Source: an uncultured Chloroflexia bacterium (GTDB lineage Bacteria > Chloroflexota > Anaerolineae > Anaerolineales > Anaerolineaceae). From it: a DNA stretch of 32,000 nucleotides. The position numbers and the translations under genes were made by a program. The stretch is taken from the NCBI GenBank assembly GCA_963704755.1, contig OY969938.1:3120001-3152000 (forward strand), given 5' to 3'. Positions within the stretch are counted from its first letter, which is position 1. Every line of letters begins with the position of its first letter. Positions 23,328 through 31,890 of this stretch are shown here, one piece after another. A model generated the notes under the pieces. That model ran no database searches, was not told where the DNA came from, and saw nothing but the letters and a program-made list of their open reading frames with translations.

Positions 23328-23357
23328 ATTATAACGATTGTGGTTGCACAACGCAAC
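23328..23357 (-). promoter_or_regulatory. Putative vapBC promoter TTGCGT-N17-TATAAT with an overlapping GTTGC-N5-GCAAC inverted repeat
   Basis: Plus-strand attata at 23328-23333 is TATAAT on the minus strand. acgcaa at 23351-23356 is TTGCGT on the minus strand. gttgc (23343-23347) pairs with gcaac (23353-23357). Confidence 0.35.
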
Positions 23358-23397
23358 ATACTGTTTGTAAATATATAGGAAGATGAATGGAGAGTTC

Positions 23398-23663
23398 CTA
23401 TCGCGTTCCCGCAAAAAAATAAGACGCATTATCCATTACCAACACTACCCGTCCGGTCGGATACCCCTTCACCAGCAATTCTTCAAGAAAGCGATTGAAG
23501 GTCGCACTATTCTTGATTTGAGCTGTGGTCCAGGTGATTGTATTCTCCAACCACTTGTAACCACCAATTTGCCATTCTCCCAACAATCAAGCCAGCCATA
23601 GATGGTCGGTTTGCTGACCGCTTGCATTTCGGCAACTTGTTCCGGTTTATGTCCAATATGAAC
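23398..23663 (-). pseudogene. Internally deleted, frame-broken IS630-family transposase remnant
   Basis: One minus frame gives an HTH-like piece, HKPEQVAEMQAVSKPTIYGWLDCWENGKL. A different frame gives a DDE-region piece, FNRFLEELLVKGYPTGRVVLVMDNASY, followed by premature stops. I identified no terminal inverted repeats. Confidence 0.5.
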
Positions 23664-23760
23664 TCATTTCCAATTAATAACACCTGTTTTTTGATCCATG
23701 GACTTATTCTGGCTGATTTAGAGATTGATTATGGAAGGAAAGCAGTTTTAATGCTCTCCT

Positions 23761-23900
23761 TCATTTTCTGGGCAACCCGACCAGTTGCACATACACCCCC
23801 TGCCCCCAGGCGCGGATGGCGTCCCAATCGCGGAGGTCGCCGGTGAGGCTCTTGACCATTTTGACGATCTGGCGGTCCAAGAAGGTGATTGCCACAAAGC
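23761..23900 (-). pseudogene. Orphan 3' fragment of an unidentified gene, truncated upstream by a hairpin repeat
   Basis: The frame has GC3-rich codons and reads ..FVAITFLDRQIVKMVKSLTGDLRDWDAIRAWGQGVYVQLVGLPRK*. There is no credible start, and upstream sequence is the repeat at 23915-23970. Confidence 0.3.
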
Positions 23901-23914
23901 GAGCAGAACATAGC

Positions 23915-23970
23915 GCCTTCCCCCTGGGAGGGGGAAGGTCGGGATGAGGGTAGATTCCGGCCAACCAGAG
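23915..23970 (+). repeat. Copy of the hairpin repeat family seen at 18191-18425
   Basis: gccttccccctgggagggggaaggtcgggatgagggtagattccggccaaccagag. Confidence 0.75.
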
Positions 23971-24002
23971 GGACACAGTTCAATCCCCTCATGCAATCCA
24001 TA

Positions 24003-24031
24003 TTGTAAATATCGCTCTTATTTGTCATAAT
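24003..24031 (+). promoter_or_regulatory. Putative promoter TTGTAA-N17-CATAAT upstream of the HD-GYP gene
   Basis: ttgtaa lies at 24003-24008, followed by a 17-nt spacer and cataat at 24026-24031. It is about 155 nt upstream of the proposed start. Confidence 0.3.
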
Positions 24032-24185
24032 TAGATCAAGCTGGCACTGCGTTCCCGAAAAATTCGGCGTATTCACAGCCATTTTATTCTTTTTTAACCG
24101 GACTTTTTAGCTTTCTGTATCAAAAGCTTTTTCCCACCGGTTTTGCGAGGCCGCCAAAGCGGACCTTGCCCGGAGCAAAACAACA

Positions 24186-27100
24186 TTGAGCCATTCTCGT
24201 TCTTCTTCCAGAGCGCCTTTGCGATTCTCCCGCGCAGTTGGCCTGGCTATCTTGGCCTTCCTGGCCTACCTGGCGATTACTTTCTTCATCCCCGAGGGCA
24301 GGCCGAAAGTCGTACTGACCGATATCATCTACCCGCTCATCGATCTGGCCGCCGCGGCCGGGTTGTGGCTGGCCGCCCGCCAGTCGTTTCCCCACTCCCG
24401 GCGGCTGGGAATGGCCTGGAGCATTATGGCCGCCGGCCAGCTCGCCATGACGATCGGAGACGTGCTTTGGAGCATCCTCGAAGCCGGATTGAACCTTCAG
24501 CCCTTCCCGTCCATTGCCGATGGGGCTTATGTCCTTTTTTACCCGCTGTTCCTGATCGGGATCTTCCTGTTACCCGTCCGCAAACAGACCCGGCTGAATT
24601 GGCTGGAAACTCTTCTGGATGTCTCCTTGATGGTCCTGGCCTTCGTGCTGGTCATGTGGAATTACGCCGGTGCGCCGCTCATCCTGTTGGATCGCCAGTC
24701 CGAGCCTCTCGTCCAGGTGCTGACCGTGTTCTATCCGCTGGGCAGCCTGGCCTTGCTCTGGGCGCTGCTGGAGCTGATCTTCCGCCAGTCCTTCTCGCGT
24801 AAATATGGCCCGCTGCTGCTCCTGGCCGCCGGGATGGTGCTGATGCTCCTGGCGGACGGTTTCTTTAGCTACCAATCTCTGATCGAGGCCTATGAGAGCG
24901 GCAATTGGGTCGACTTAGCCTACGTTAGTTCGTTCCTGCTCACCGGCCTGGCCGGTTACCTCCAGGCGCAGAACGCCCAGGCCGCCACCCGGCCCGCTGA
25001 AATCCTCCCCAATGAGGCCGGCGCCGATTCGAAAGTAATCGATTGGCTGGCTTTCTTTCCCGATATCTGGATCGTCCTGGCCTTCTTGCTATCGGTGTTC
25101 AACACTCAACACACCCTGCCGACCGGCAACGCCACTTTCATCACCCTCATCGGTGTGATGATCATCCTGGTCCTGATCCGCCACCTGATCTCACATCTCG
25201 AGGTCAGCCAGTTGAACCGCCAACTCAACCGCACCCTGCAGCATGTCCGCGGCCAGGCCGAGACACTGGAAAGCACCAACCAGCTTCTGGAAGCAATCAT
25301 CAAATATTCACCGCTGCCCATTACCGTACTGGATGAGAAACGTAAAATCAAGCTGTGGAGCCCGGCTGCCGAACGCCTGTTCGGCTGGTCGGAAGCAGAA
25401 ATCCTGGGGAAGGACCTGCCCTTTGTGCCCGAAGGAAAACGCGCCGAAGTCAACCACGAGCTCGACGAAGAATTTCACGGGGTCGCGCGAAAAGACCTGG
25501 AGATCCAAAAAGTCACCAAAGACGGCAGCCCAATCGATATCAACCTTTCGACTGCGCCCCTGTACAACTCACAGGGCCAGATCAACGGGTCGATGGCCAT
25601 CCTGGCCGATATCACCGCGCGCAAAAAAGACGAACGCGAGCTGCTCGAGCGCGAACGGCAGTTCGACCAGCTCATCCGCCAGATGCCCTACCCGGTAGCC
25701 ATTGCAACCCCCGACGGCAAGCTGCTTTCGGTCAACCAGGCGCTGCGCGACTTGTTGCAGGTGGATGCCTTTCAAATATTTATCGAAAATTTCAACATCA
25801 GCGGCAACCCGGAGGATATCCCGCAGGGGATCGGCCAGGCCATCCAGCAGGCCATGCAAGGGATCGTGAGCACCGTTCCCGATGTGCAGGTCAATCACAA
25901 CGGTGAACTGATCGCAGCAAACCAGGCTGAAGATCCATCGCCAACCTTCATGGACCTGACAATTTTCCCGGTTTTTGGGGACCGCGGTGAGATCTGGCGC
26001 ATCGCGGCCATTATGAAAGATTACTCCGAACGCAAGAAGGCCGAGCGCCTGCTCAAACAGCGCCTGGACGAGCTCGAAATCCTGCACAGCGTGGCCCAGG
26101 CCGGCACCGAAGCGACCAGCCTGTCCGAATTATTCGAAAAAGTATCCAGGGTGATCGCCAATGAGCTCGACCCGGATAATTTCGGTATCGCGTTGATCCG
26201 GGATGGAAACGAGCTGCTGTCGTTCGATGCCTCGACCCACACCCGCTCCGGCCAGCCGGTCCCGGTGGTTCCGCTCAACCACGGTATCTCCGGTGCGGTC
26301 GCCCGCAGCGGTCTGCCCAGGCGCAGCGGTGACGTCCACAGCGACCCGGACTACATCGAGGTCGAGCCGGCCGTGCAATCGGAGCTGTGTGTGCCCATTA
26401 TGAACCGTGACCGGATTCTGGGTGTCATCAATATCGAAGACGCCCAGCCGGATGCCTACGATGAAACCGACGAGCGTTTGATGATGGCCCTGGCCGGCGA
26501 ATTGGGCACCGCCATCGAAAAAGTACGTTTTTTGGAAGCCGCGCAGGCTCGCCGGCGCGAATTGGAGATCCTCGGCCACATTTCTACGGCGCTGCGCGAC
26601 GAACAATCCGCGCGGGCCATGTTTCCCCTGGTGCTGGACCGCCTGGCCGAGGTGCTCGATACCCACGGAGCAGCCATCGCTACCATCGATTTTCTGCGTG
26701 GGACGGCGATGATCGAATTGGGCAATGGGGAATGGGCCCGGCTTTCCGGGGTGCACATGTCGATCCATTCCGGGTTGTGCAAGCTGGTCATTTCTGAATA
26801 CAGAACCTACGTTACCGGCCAGTCCGCGGATGACGCCGGGCTGAGACAGTCCAGCCCCTTCAATGGATTGGACCAACTGGCCTGCGCGCCTTTGATCGCC
26901 GACGACCAGGTCATCGGTTTGCTGACCATTGGACGCGGGACGCCTTTTTCAGCAGCGGATATACGCCTGCTGGAGGCAATCGCCGATATGTTCGCCGGCT
27001 CTCTGCATCGCGCCACTTTGCACGAGGCCACCGAGGACCATCTCAGGCGCCTGACGACTTTACAGGTGATCGATAAAGCCATTCTGGCCACAGTCGATCT

Positions 27101-28130
27101 GCGCATGATGTTGAGTTTCCTGCTGGAACAGATCACTACCCACCTGGAAATCGACGCGGCCGACGTTTTGATCTACCACCCGGTCACTCAGACCCTCGAA
27201 TCGGCCGCCAACCAGGGCCTGGTTTCGCCGGTCTTCCGCAACGCCTCCTTCCGCCTGGGCGACGATTCGATCCCCGGCCGGGCCGCCCTGGAACAAAAGA
27301 TGATCCTGATCTCCGACCTGGGCCAGATTGAGGACAGTTTGACCACCCGCCTGCGCAAGAGCGGAGAAAATTTTACCGGCTACGTGGCCTTGCCCCTGGT
27401 TTCGAAAGGCGAAATCAAAGGCGTCTTACAGGTATTCAAGCGCACCCGCCTGGATCCCCGGCCCGCCTGGGTCGAGTTTTTGCACTCGCTGGCCGACCTG
27501 GCCATCATCGCCATCGACAACGCCCAGATGTACGACCAGCAGCAAAAAGCTAACCTGCGCCTGAGCCTGGCCTATGACGAGACCATCGAGGGTTGGTCCC
27601 GGGCGCTCGATTATCGCGACCGTAAGGCCGAAGGCCATTCGCAGCGGGTAACCGACCTGGCCCTGGTCTTGTGCAAGAAAATGGGCATTCCCGACGAAGA
27701 ACTGCCCAATATCCGCCGCGGGACACAACTGCACGATATCGGCAAGATGGCCCTGCCCGACAGCATTTTGCTCAAACCCGGCCCGCTTAGCGATGACGAG
27801 TGGACCATCATGCGCCAGCACCCGCGCTTTGCCTACGAGCTGTTGGCGCCGATCGAATATCTGCGTAAATCTTTGGATATCCCTTACTGCCATCACGAAA
27901 ATTGGGACGGCAGCGGCTACCCGCGCGGCCTGAAAGGAGAAGCCATTCCTCTGCCGGTGCGCATCTTTAGCGTGGTCAATGTGTGGGATTCGCTCTGCCA
28001 TGACCGCCCCTTCCGGCTGGCCTGGCCGGCGGATAAAGCCCTGGCCTACATCCAGCAGCAGGCCGGCAAATTGTTCGACCCGGAAGTGGTGCAGGTGTTC
28101 CTTAGCACCATTCATCAAGGTGAAAAATAG
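24186..28130 (+). CDS. Multidomain signalling protein: polytopic membrane N-terminus, 2 PAS, about 3 GAF, C-terminal HD-GYP (c-di-GMP phosphodiesterase family)
   Basis: The HD-GYP signature is HSQRV, QLHDIGKMALP and HHENWDGSGYPRGL. PAS-like blocks end in ADITARKKDE and KDYSERKKAE. The GAF-like repeats show ELCVPIMNRDRILGVINIED, ACAPLIADDQVIGLLTIGR and YVALPLVSKGEIKGVLQVF. The start is uncertain: a TTG at 24186 with GGAG 10 nt upstream. Confidence 0.85.
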   Translation: MSHSRSSSRAPLRFSRAVGLAILAFLAYLAITFFIPEGRPKVVLTDIIYPLIDLAAAAGLWLAARQSFPHSRRLGMAWSIMAAGQLAMTIGDVLWSILEAGLNLQPFPSIADGAYVLFYPLFLIGIFLLPVRKQTRLNWLETLLDVSLMVLAFVLVMWNYAGAPLILLDRQSEPLVQVLTVFYPLGSLALLWALLELIFRQSFSRKYGPLLLLAAGMVLMLLADGFFSYQSLIEAYESGNWVDLAYVSSFLLTGLAGYLQAQNAQAATRPAEILPNEAGADSKVIDWLAFFPDIWIVLAFLLSVFNTQHTLPTGNATFITLIGVMIILVLIRHLISHLEVSQLNRQLNRTLQHVRGQAETLESTNQLLEAIIKYSPLPITVLDEKRKIKLWSPAAERLFGWSEAEILGKDLPFVPEGKRAEVNHELDEEFHGVARKDLEIQKVTKDGSPIDINLSTAPLYNSQGQINGSMAILADITARKKDERELLERERQFDQLIRQMPYPVAIATPDGKLLSVNQALRDLLQVDAFQIFIENFNISGNPEDIPQGIGQAIQQAMQGIVSTVPDVQVNHNGELIAANQAEDPSPTFMDLTIFPVFGDRGEIWRIAAIMKDYSERKKAERLLKQRLDELEILHSVAQAGTEATSLSELFEKVSRVIANELDPDNFGIALIRDGNELLSFDASTHTRSGQPVPVVPLNHGISGAVARSGLPRRSGDVHSDPDYIEVEPAVQSELCVPIMNRDRILGVINIEDAQPDAYDETDERLMMALAGELGTAIEKVRFLEAAQARRRELEILGHISTALRDEQSARAMFPLVLDRLAEVLDTHGAAIATIDFLRGTAMIELGNGEWARLSGVHMSIHSGLCKLVISEYRTYVTGQSADDAGLRQSSPFNGLDQLACAPLIADDQVIGLLTIGRGTPFSAADIRLLEAIADMFAGSLHRATLHEATEDHLRRLTTLQVIDKAILATVDLRMMLSFLLEQITTHLEIDAADVLIYHPVTQTLESAANQGLVSPVFRNASFRLGDDSIPGRAALEQKMILISDLGQIEDSLTTRLRKSGENFTGYVALPLVSKGEIKGVLQVFKRTRLDPRPAWVEFLHSLADLAIIAIDNAQMYDQQQKANLRLSLAYDETIEGWSRALDYRDRKAEGHSQRVTDLALVLCKKMGIPDEELPNIRRGTQLHDIGKMALPDSILLKPGPLSDDEWTIMRQHPRFAYELLAPIEYLRKSLDIPYCHHENWDGSGYPRGLKGEAIPLPVRIFSVVNVWDSLCHDRPFRLAWPADKALAYIQQQAGKLFDPEVVQVFLSTIHQGEK

Positions 28131-28164
28131 CAAGCCCGTTATGAATAAGTATTCCGGATTTGAG

Positions 28165-28213
28165 GTGTTTTATTGTTTTTCGCGTGGGAAGCATGCGAAA
28201 AACAATAAGACAC
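28165..28213 (+). other. 19-bp-stem hairpin between the HD-GYP gene and the dehydrogenase gene (possible terminator or regulatory stem)
   Basis: gtgttttattgtttttcgc (28165-28183) is followed by an 11-nt loop and gcgaaaaacaataagacac (28195-28213). There is one mismatch. It is followed by ccctcactttt, not a clean U-tract. Confidence 0.35.
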
Positions 28214-28280
28214 CCCTCACTTTTGCGCAAGCTGAACAGTAACGAAACCTGAATAAAAAGAAAGAAGGTAAATAAACCTC

Positions 28281-29399
28281 ATGAAAGCCATTGCATTGCA
28301 CCCGGGAACGACTGACCTTCACCTGGTGGAGGTCGCCGAGCCGGAAATTCAAGCACCCGATGAGATCAAAGTACAGGTGCTGCAAGTTGGCATCTGTGGA
28401 ACCGACCGCGAAGAAGCCCAGGGCGGCCGGGCCGACCCGCCGGCCGGGCGCAGCGAACTGGTCATCGGCCACGAAATGTTCAGCCGGGTGGTCGCGGTCG
28501 GCCCGGCCGTGACCCGCGTCAAACCGGGCGACCTGGCTGTGTTTACCGTCCGGCGCGGCTGCGGCAAGTGCCGGCCCTGCCTGATGAACCGCTCCGACAT
28601 GTGCCAGACCGGCGAGTACCTGGAGCGCGGCATCAAAGGCATGGACGGCTACCAGACCGAATACGTGGTGGACCACGAACCATACGTGGTCTATATCCCT
28701 GAGACGCTGGCTCAGATCGGCGTGCTGTGCGAGCCCCTCTCGGTGGCGGAAAAGGCCATCGACGAATCCGTCCGCCTGCAGCAGGCCCGCCTGCCGGGCG
28801 GTCCTACCGATGCCGCCGCCTGGCTGAACGGCTGGCGCTGCCTTGTGGCCGGCCTGGGCCCGATCGGCCTGCTGGCCGCAATGGTGCTGCGCCTGCGCGG
28901 AGCGCAGGTGTACGGCCTGGATATCATCGATGCGGATTCCTCACGGGCCGCCTGGTTGAAGTACATCGGCGGCAGCTACCTGGACGGCCGCCAGATCAAA
29001 GCCGACCAGGTGGACGATCAGGTCGGCGAAATGGACTTATTATTTGAAAGTACCGGGGTAGCTGCGTTAGAATTTAATTTGTTAGACGCCCTGGGGAAGA
29101 ACGGCCTGTACGTCATCACCGGCATCCCCGGCGGCGACCGCCCGCTGGAAGTTCCCGGCGCCGAGCTGATTCGCCAGCTCGTCCTGGATAACCAGCTCAT
29201 GCTGGGCAGCGTGAACGCCTCGCGCGACCATTTTCAAATGGCTGTGGATGACCTGGCCGCCGCGCAAAAGCAGTGGGGCGGCGACCACATCGAAAAACTC
29301 ATCAGCCAGCGCTTCTCGTACCGCGATTTTCAGGCCGCGCTGACCCAACACCCGCAAGATGAAATCAAGGCAGTCATCGAATGGGGAAAGGAGAAATGA
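28281..29399 (+). CDS. Zinc-dependent glucose 1-dehydrogenase (MDR superfamily, archaeal-type GDH-like)
   Basis: The blocks GICGTDREE, VIGHE, RRGCGKCRPCL, CQTGEYLERGIKGMDGY, LVAGLGPIG and SVNASRDHFQMAV parallel the Sulfolobus/Thermoplasma GDH layout as I recall it. Confidence 0.75.
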   Translation: MKAIALHPGTTDLHLVEVAEPEIQAPDEIKVQVLQVGICGTDREEAQGGRADPPAGRSELVIGHEMFSRVVAVGPAVTRVKPGDLAVFTVRRGCGKCRPCLMNRSDMCQTGEYLERGIKGMDGYQTEYVVDHEPYVVYIPETLAQIGVLCEPLSVAEKAIDESVRLQQARLPGGPTDAAAWLNGWRCLVAGLGPIGLLAAMVLRLRGAQVYGLDIIDADSSRAAWLKYIGGSYLDGRQIKADQVDDQVGEMDLLFESTGVAALEFNLLDALGKNGLYVITGIPGGDRPLEVPGAELIRQLVLDNQLMLGSVNASRDHFQMAVDDLAAAQKQWGGDHIEKLISQRFSYRDFQAALTQHPQDEIKAVIEWGKEK

Positions 29400-29401
29400 T
29401 T

Positions 29402-31819
29402 ATGGCCAATGCTTCAAATCCACCCGGCGCGCCGGGCATCCCCCCGCGTTGGACTTCCAGTTCGAAGAGCGGGGTAGGCACTTCCCTGAACCGGGCCAGC
29501 CGGGTCTGGTTCACCTTGAGCCACGGAATTTTCAATGAAATCTACTATCCCAGGCTGGACCAGGCCTGTATCCGCGACATGGGCCTGATCGTCACCGACG
29601 GCGCCGATTTCTTTTCAGAAGAGAAACGTAACGCCAGTCATAAAGTGGAATACCTGTCGCCCAACGTCCCGGCCTACAAGCTGACCAACACCTGCCTGGA
29701 CGGGCGTTATCGCATCGAGAAGGAAGTCATCGTCGACCCGCAGCGTGACGTGATTCTGCAGAACACCCGCTTCGTGCCCCTCAGCGGCAGCCTGGCGGAT
29801 TATCACGTATATGTGCTTCTGGCGCCGCACCTGGGCAACCAGGGCGAGGATAATACGGCCTGGGCCGGCGAGTATAAAGGCATCCCCATGCTGATGGCCG
29901 AACGAGATGGCATCGCCCTGGCGCTGGCCTGTTCGGCCCCCTGGCTGAAGCGCTCGGCCGGATACGTGGGTACCTCGGATGGCTGGCAGGACCTTTTCCA
30001 GCACCGCCAGATGACCTGGGAGTACACCCGGGCCGAAAACGGCAATGTGGCCCTGACCGGCGAGATTGACCTTTCTGCCGCCCAGGGATCGTTTTTATTG
30101 GCCCTGGGTTTTGGCCAGAACACGTTCGAAGCCGCCCAACGTGCCCAGGCCGCCATTTACATGGGCTTCAAAGCCAGCCAGAAGGAATACGTACGCGAAT
30201 GGCAGGCCTGGCAGAAATCGCTGATCAACCTGACCTCCCAGCCTGCCGCTGCCCAATCCAATACCGGCGGTCTGGACTATTACCACATCAGCACCGCGGT
30301 AATGCGCATCCACGAAGCCAAGAGCTTTCCCGGCGGGCTGATTGCCAGCCTGTCGATCCCCTGGGGTTTCGCCAAAGGCGACGATGACCTGGGCGGCTAT
30401 CACCTGGTCTGGCCGCGTGACCTGGCCGAAATGGCCGGCGGTCTGCTGGCCGCCGGCGCTCACGAAGACGCCCTGCGGGTAATTAATTACCTGCAGACCA
30501 CCCAGGAACCGGATGGACACTGGCCCCAAAACATGTGGCTGGACGGCCGGCCTTATTGGGGTGGCATTCAAATGGACGAGACCGCCTTCCCACTCATCCT
30601 GCTGGACCAGGCCTGGCGCGAAAAATGCCTCAACGATGCCGAGATGCGCAACTACTGGCCTATGACGCGCAAAGCGGCCAGTTTCATCGCGGTCAATGGG
30701 CCGGTTACCCAGCAAGACCGCTGGGAAGAGGACCCGGGCTATTCCCCCTTTACCCTGGCCGTTGAGATCACCGGCCTGCTGGTAGCCGCCGACCAGGCCG
30801 AGCTCAACAACGAGCCGGACGTCGCCAAATTCCTGCGGGAAACGGCCGATGCCTGGAACGCCGGCATCGAACGCTGGATCTACGTCAGCGGGACCGACCT
30901 GGCCAAACAGGTGGGCGTGGAGGGCTATTACGTGCGGGTGGCTCCACCCGAAACGGCCGACGCGGCTTCTCCCTCCGGGGGTTACGTGCCGATCAAGAAC
31001 CGGCCGCCCAGCGAGAGCAGCGAGCCGGCCGCTGAAATCATCAGCCCGGACGCCCTGGCGCTGGTCCGCTTTGGACTGCGCGCGCCGGACGACCCGCGCA
31101 TCCAGGATACAGTCAAGGTGATCGACGCGCTCTTGAAAGTTGATACCCCCAACGGCCCGGCCTGGCACCGCTACAACGACGACGGCTACGGCGAGCACGA
31201 GGACGGCAGCGCCTTCGACGGCACCGGCATCGGCCGGGCCTGGCCGCTGTTGACCGGCGAGCGCGCTCACTACGAGCTGGCCGCCGGCCACCGGCAGCAG
31301 TCCGAAGATCTGCTGCATGCCATGGAGGCTTTCTCGAACGAAGGCGGCATGTTCCCCGAACAAATCTGGGACAGCGACGACATTCCCGACCGGGAGCTGT
31401 TCTGCGGTTCGGCCTCCGGGTCGGCCATGCCGTTGGGTTGGGCGCATGCCGAATACCTCAAGCTGCTGCGCTCGCTGCACGACGGCAAGGTATATGATAT
31501 GCCCCCTCAGACCGTCCAGCGCTACCTGAAAGACAAGACCGGCTCGGCAGTGACCCTGTGGTGCTATAACCACAAGGTACGCAGCCTCCACACCGGCCAG
31601 GCTTTGCGGGTGGAGACTATCTCCCCGGCCCAGGTGGTCTGGTCCACCAACGGCTGGCAGACTACCCAGAAAACCTATACCGTCGACAGTGGATTGGGGC
31701 TGAATTTTCTGGACATTCCCTGCCAGGGCTTACCCCCCGGCGGGCAAATTGACTTTACCTTCTACTGGCTGTCCGACAAGCGCTGGGAAGGTAAGAACTT
31801 TAGCGTGGTGGTGGCTTAA
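29402..31819 (+). CDS. GH15 glycoside hydrolase (glucoamylase / glucodextranase / trehalase family) with an N-terminal beta-sandwich domain and an extra C-terminal module
   Basis: The N-domain shows PPRWTSSSK..FTLSHGIFNEIYYPRLDQ. The catalytic domain shows YHLVWPRDLA, DRWEEDPGYSPFTLA and WPLLTGERAHYEL. I prefer the ATG at 29402 (GGAG 7 nt upstream). The start region overlaps the end of the dehydrogenase gene. Confidence 0.9.
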   Translation: MANASNPPGAPGIPPRWTSSSKSGVGTSLNRASRVWFTLSHGIFNEIYYPRLDQACIRDMGLIVTDGADFFSEEKRNASHKVEYLSPNVPAYKLTNTCLDGRYRIEKEVIVDPQRDVILQNTRFVPLSGSLADYHVYVLLAPHLGNQGEDNTAWAGEYKGIPMLMAERDGIALALACSAPWLKRSAGYVGTSDGWQDLFQHRQMTWEYTRAENGNVALTGEIDLSAAQGSFLLALGFGQNTFEAAQRAQAAIYMGFKASQKEYVREWQAWQKSLINLTSQPAAAQSNTGGLDYYHISTAVMRIHEAKSFPGGLIASLSIPWGFAKGDDDLGGYHLVWPRDLAEMAGGLLAAGAHEDALRVINYLQTTQEPDGHWPQNMWLDGRPYWGGIQMDETAFPLILLDQAWREKCLNDAEMRNYWPMTRKAASFIAVNGPVTQQDRWEEDPGYSPFTLAVEITGLLVAADQAELNNEPDVAKFLRETADAWNAGIERWIYVSGTDLAKQVGVEGYYVRVAPPETADAASPSGGYVPIKNRPPSESSEPAAEIISPDALALVRFGLRAPDDPRIQDTVKVIDALLKVDTPNGPAWHRYNDDGYGEHEDGSAFDGTGIGRAWPLLTGERAHYELAAGHRQQSEDLLHAMEAFSNEGGMFPEQIWDSDDIPDRELFCGSASGSAMPLGWAHAEYLKLLRSLHDGKVYDMPPQTVQRYLKDKTGSAVTLWCYNHKVRSLHTGQALRVETISPAQVVWSTNGWQTTQKTYTVDSGLGLNFLDIPCQGLPPGGQIDFTFYWLSDKRWEGKNFSVVVA

Positions 31820-31824
31820 ATATT

Positions 31825-31890
31825 TTCTCCCCTTCTCCCGCTTCTAGGAGAAGGGGCCGGGGGATGAGGGCCTGCGCCGGCTTACCAGCC
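31825..31890 (+). repeat. Copy of the hairpin repeat family, immediately 3' of the GH15 gene
   Basis: ttctccccttctcccgcttctaggagaaggggccgggggatgagggcctgcgccggcttaccagcc. A more degenerate relative follows at about 31915-31980. Confidence 0.7.

Noticed and set aside
23729-24082. 117-aa and overlapping 71-82-aa minus-strand ORFs that might be an intact gene next to the IS remnant.
   Set aside because: Only the last 45 or so codons of one frame (23761-23900) look coding. The upstream parts are read through a hairpin-repeat copy and AT-rich spacer. I treat it as a truncated gene stub rather than a CDS.
28141-28242. 33-codon ATG ORF (MNKYSGFEVFYCFSRGKHAKNNKTPLTFAQAEQ) in the spacer after the HD-GYP gene.
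   Set aside because: It spans both arms of the 28165-28213 hairpin, so its sequence is dictated by the stem. It has no RBS and AT-rich non-coding composition.
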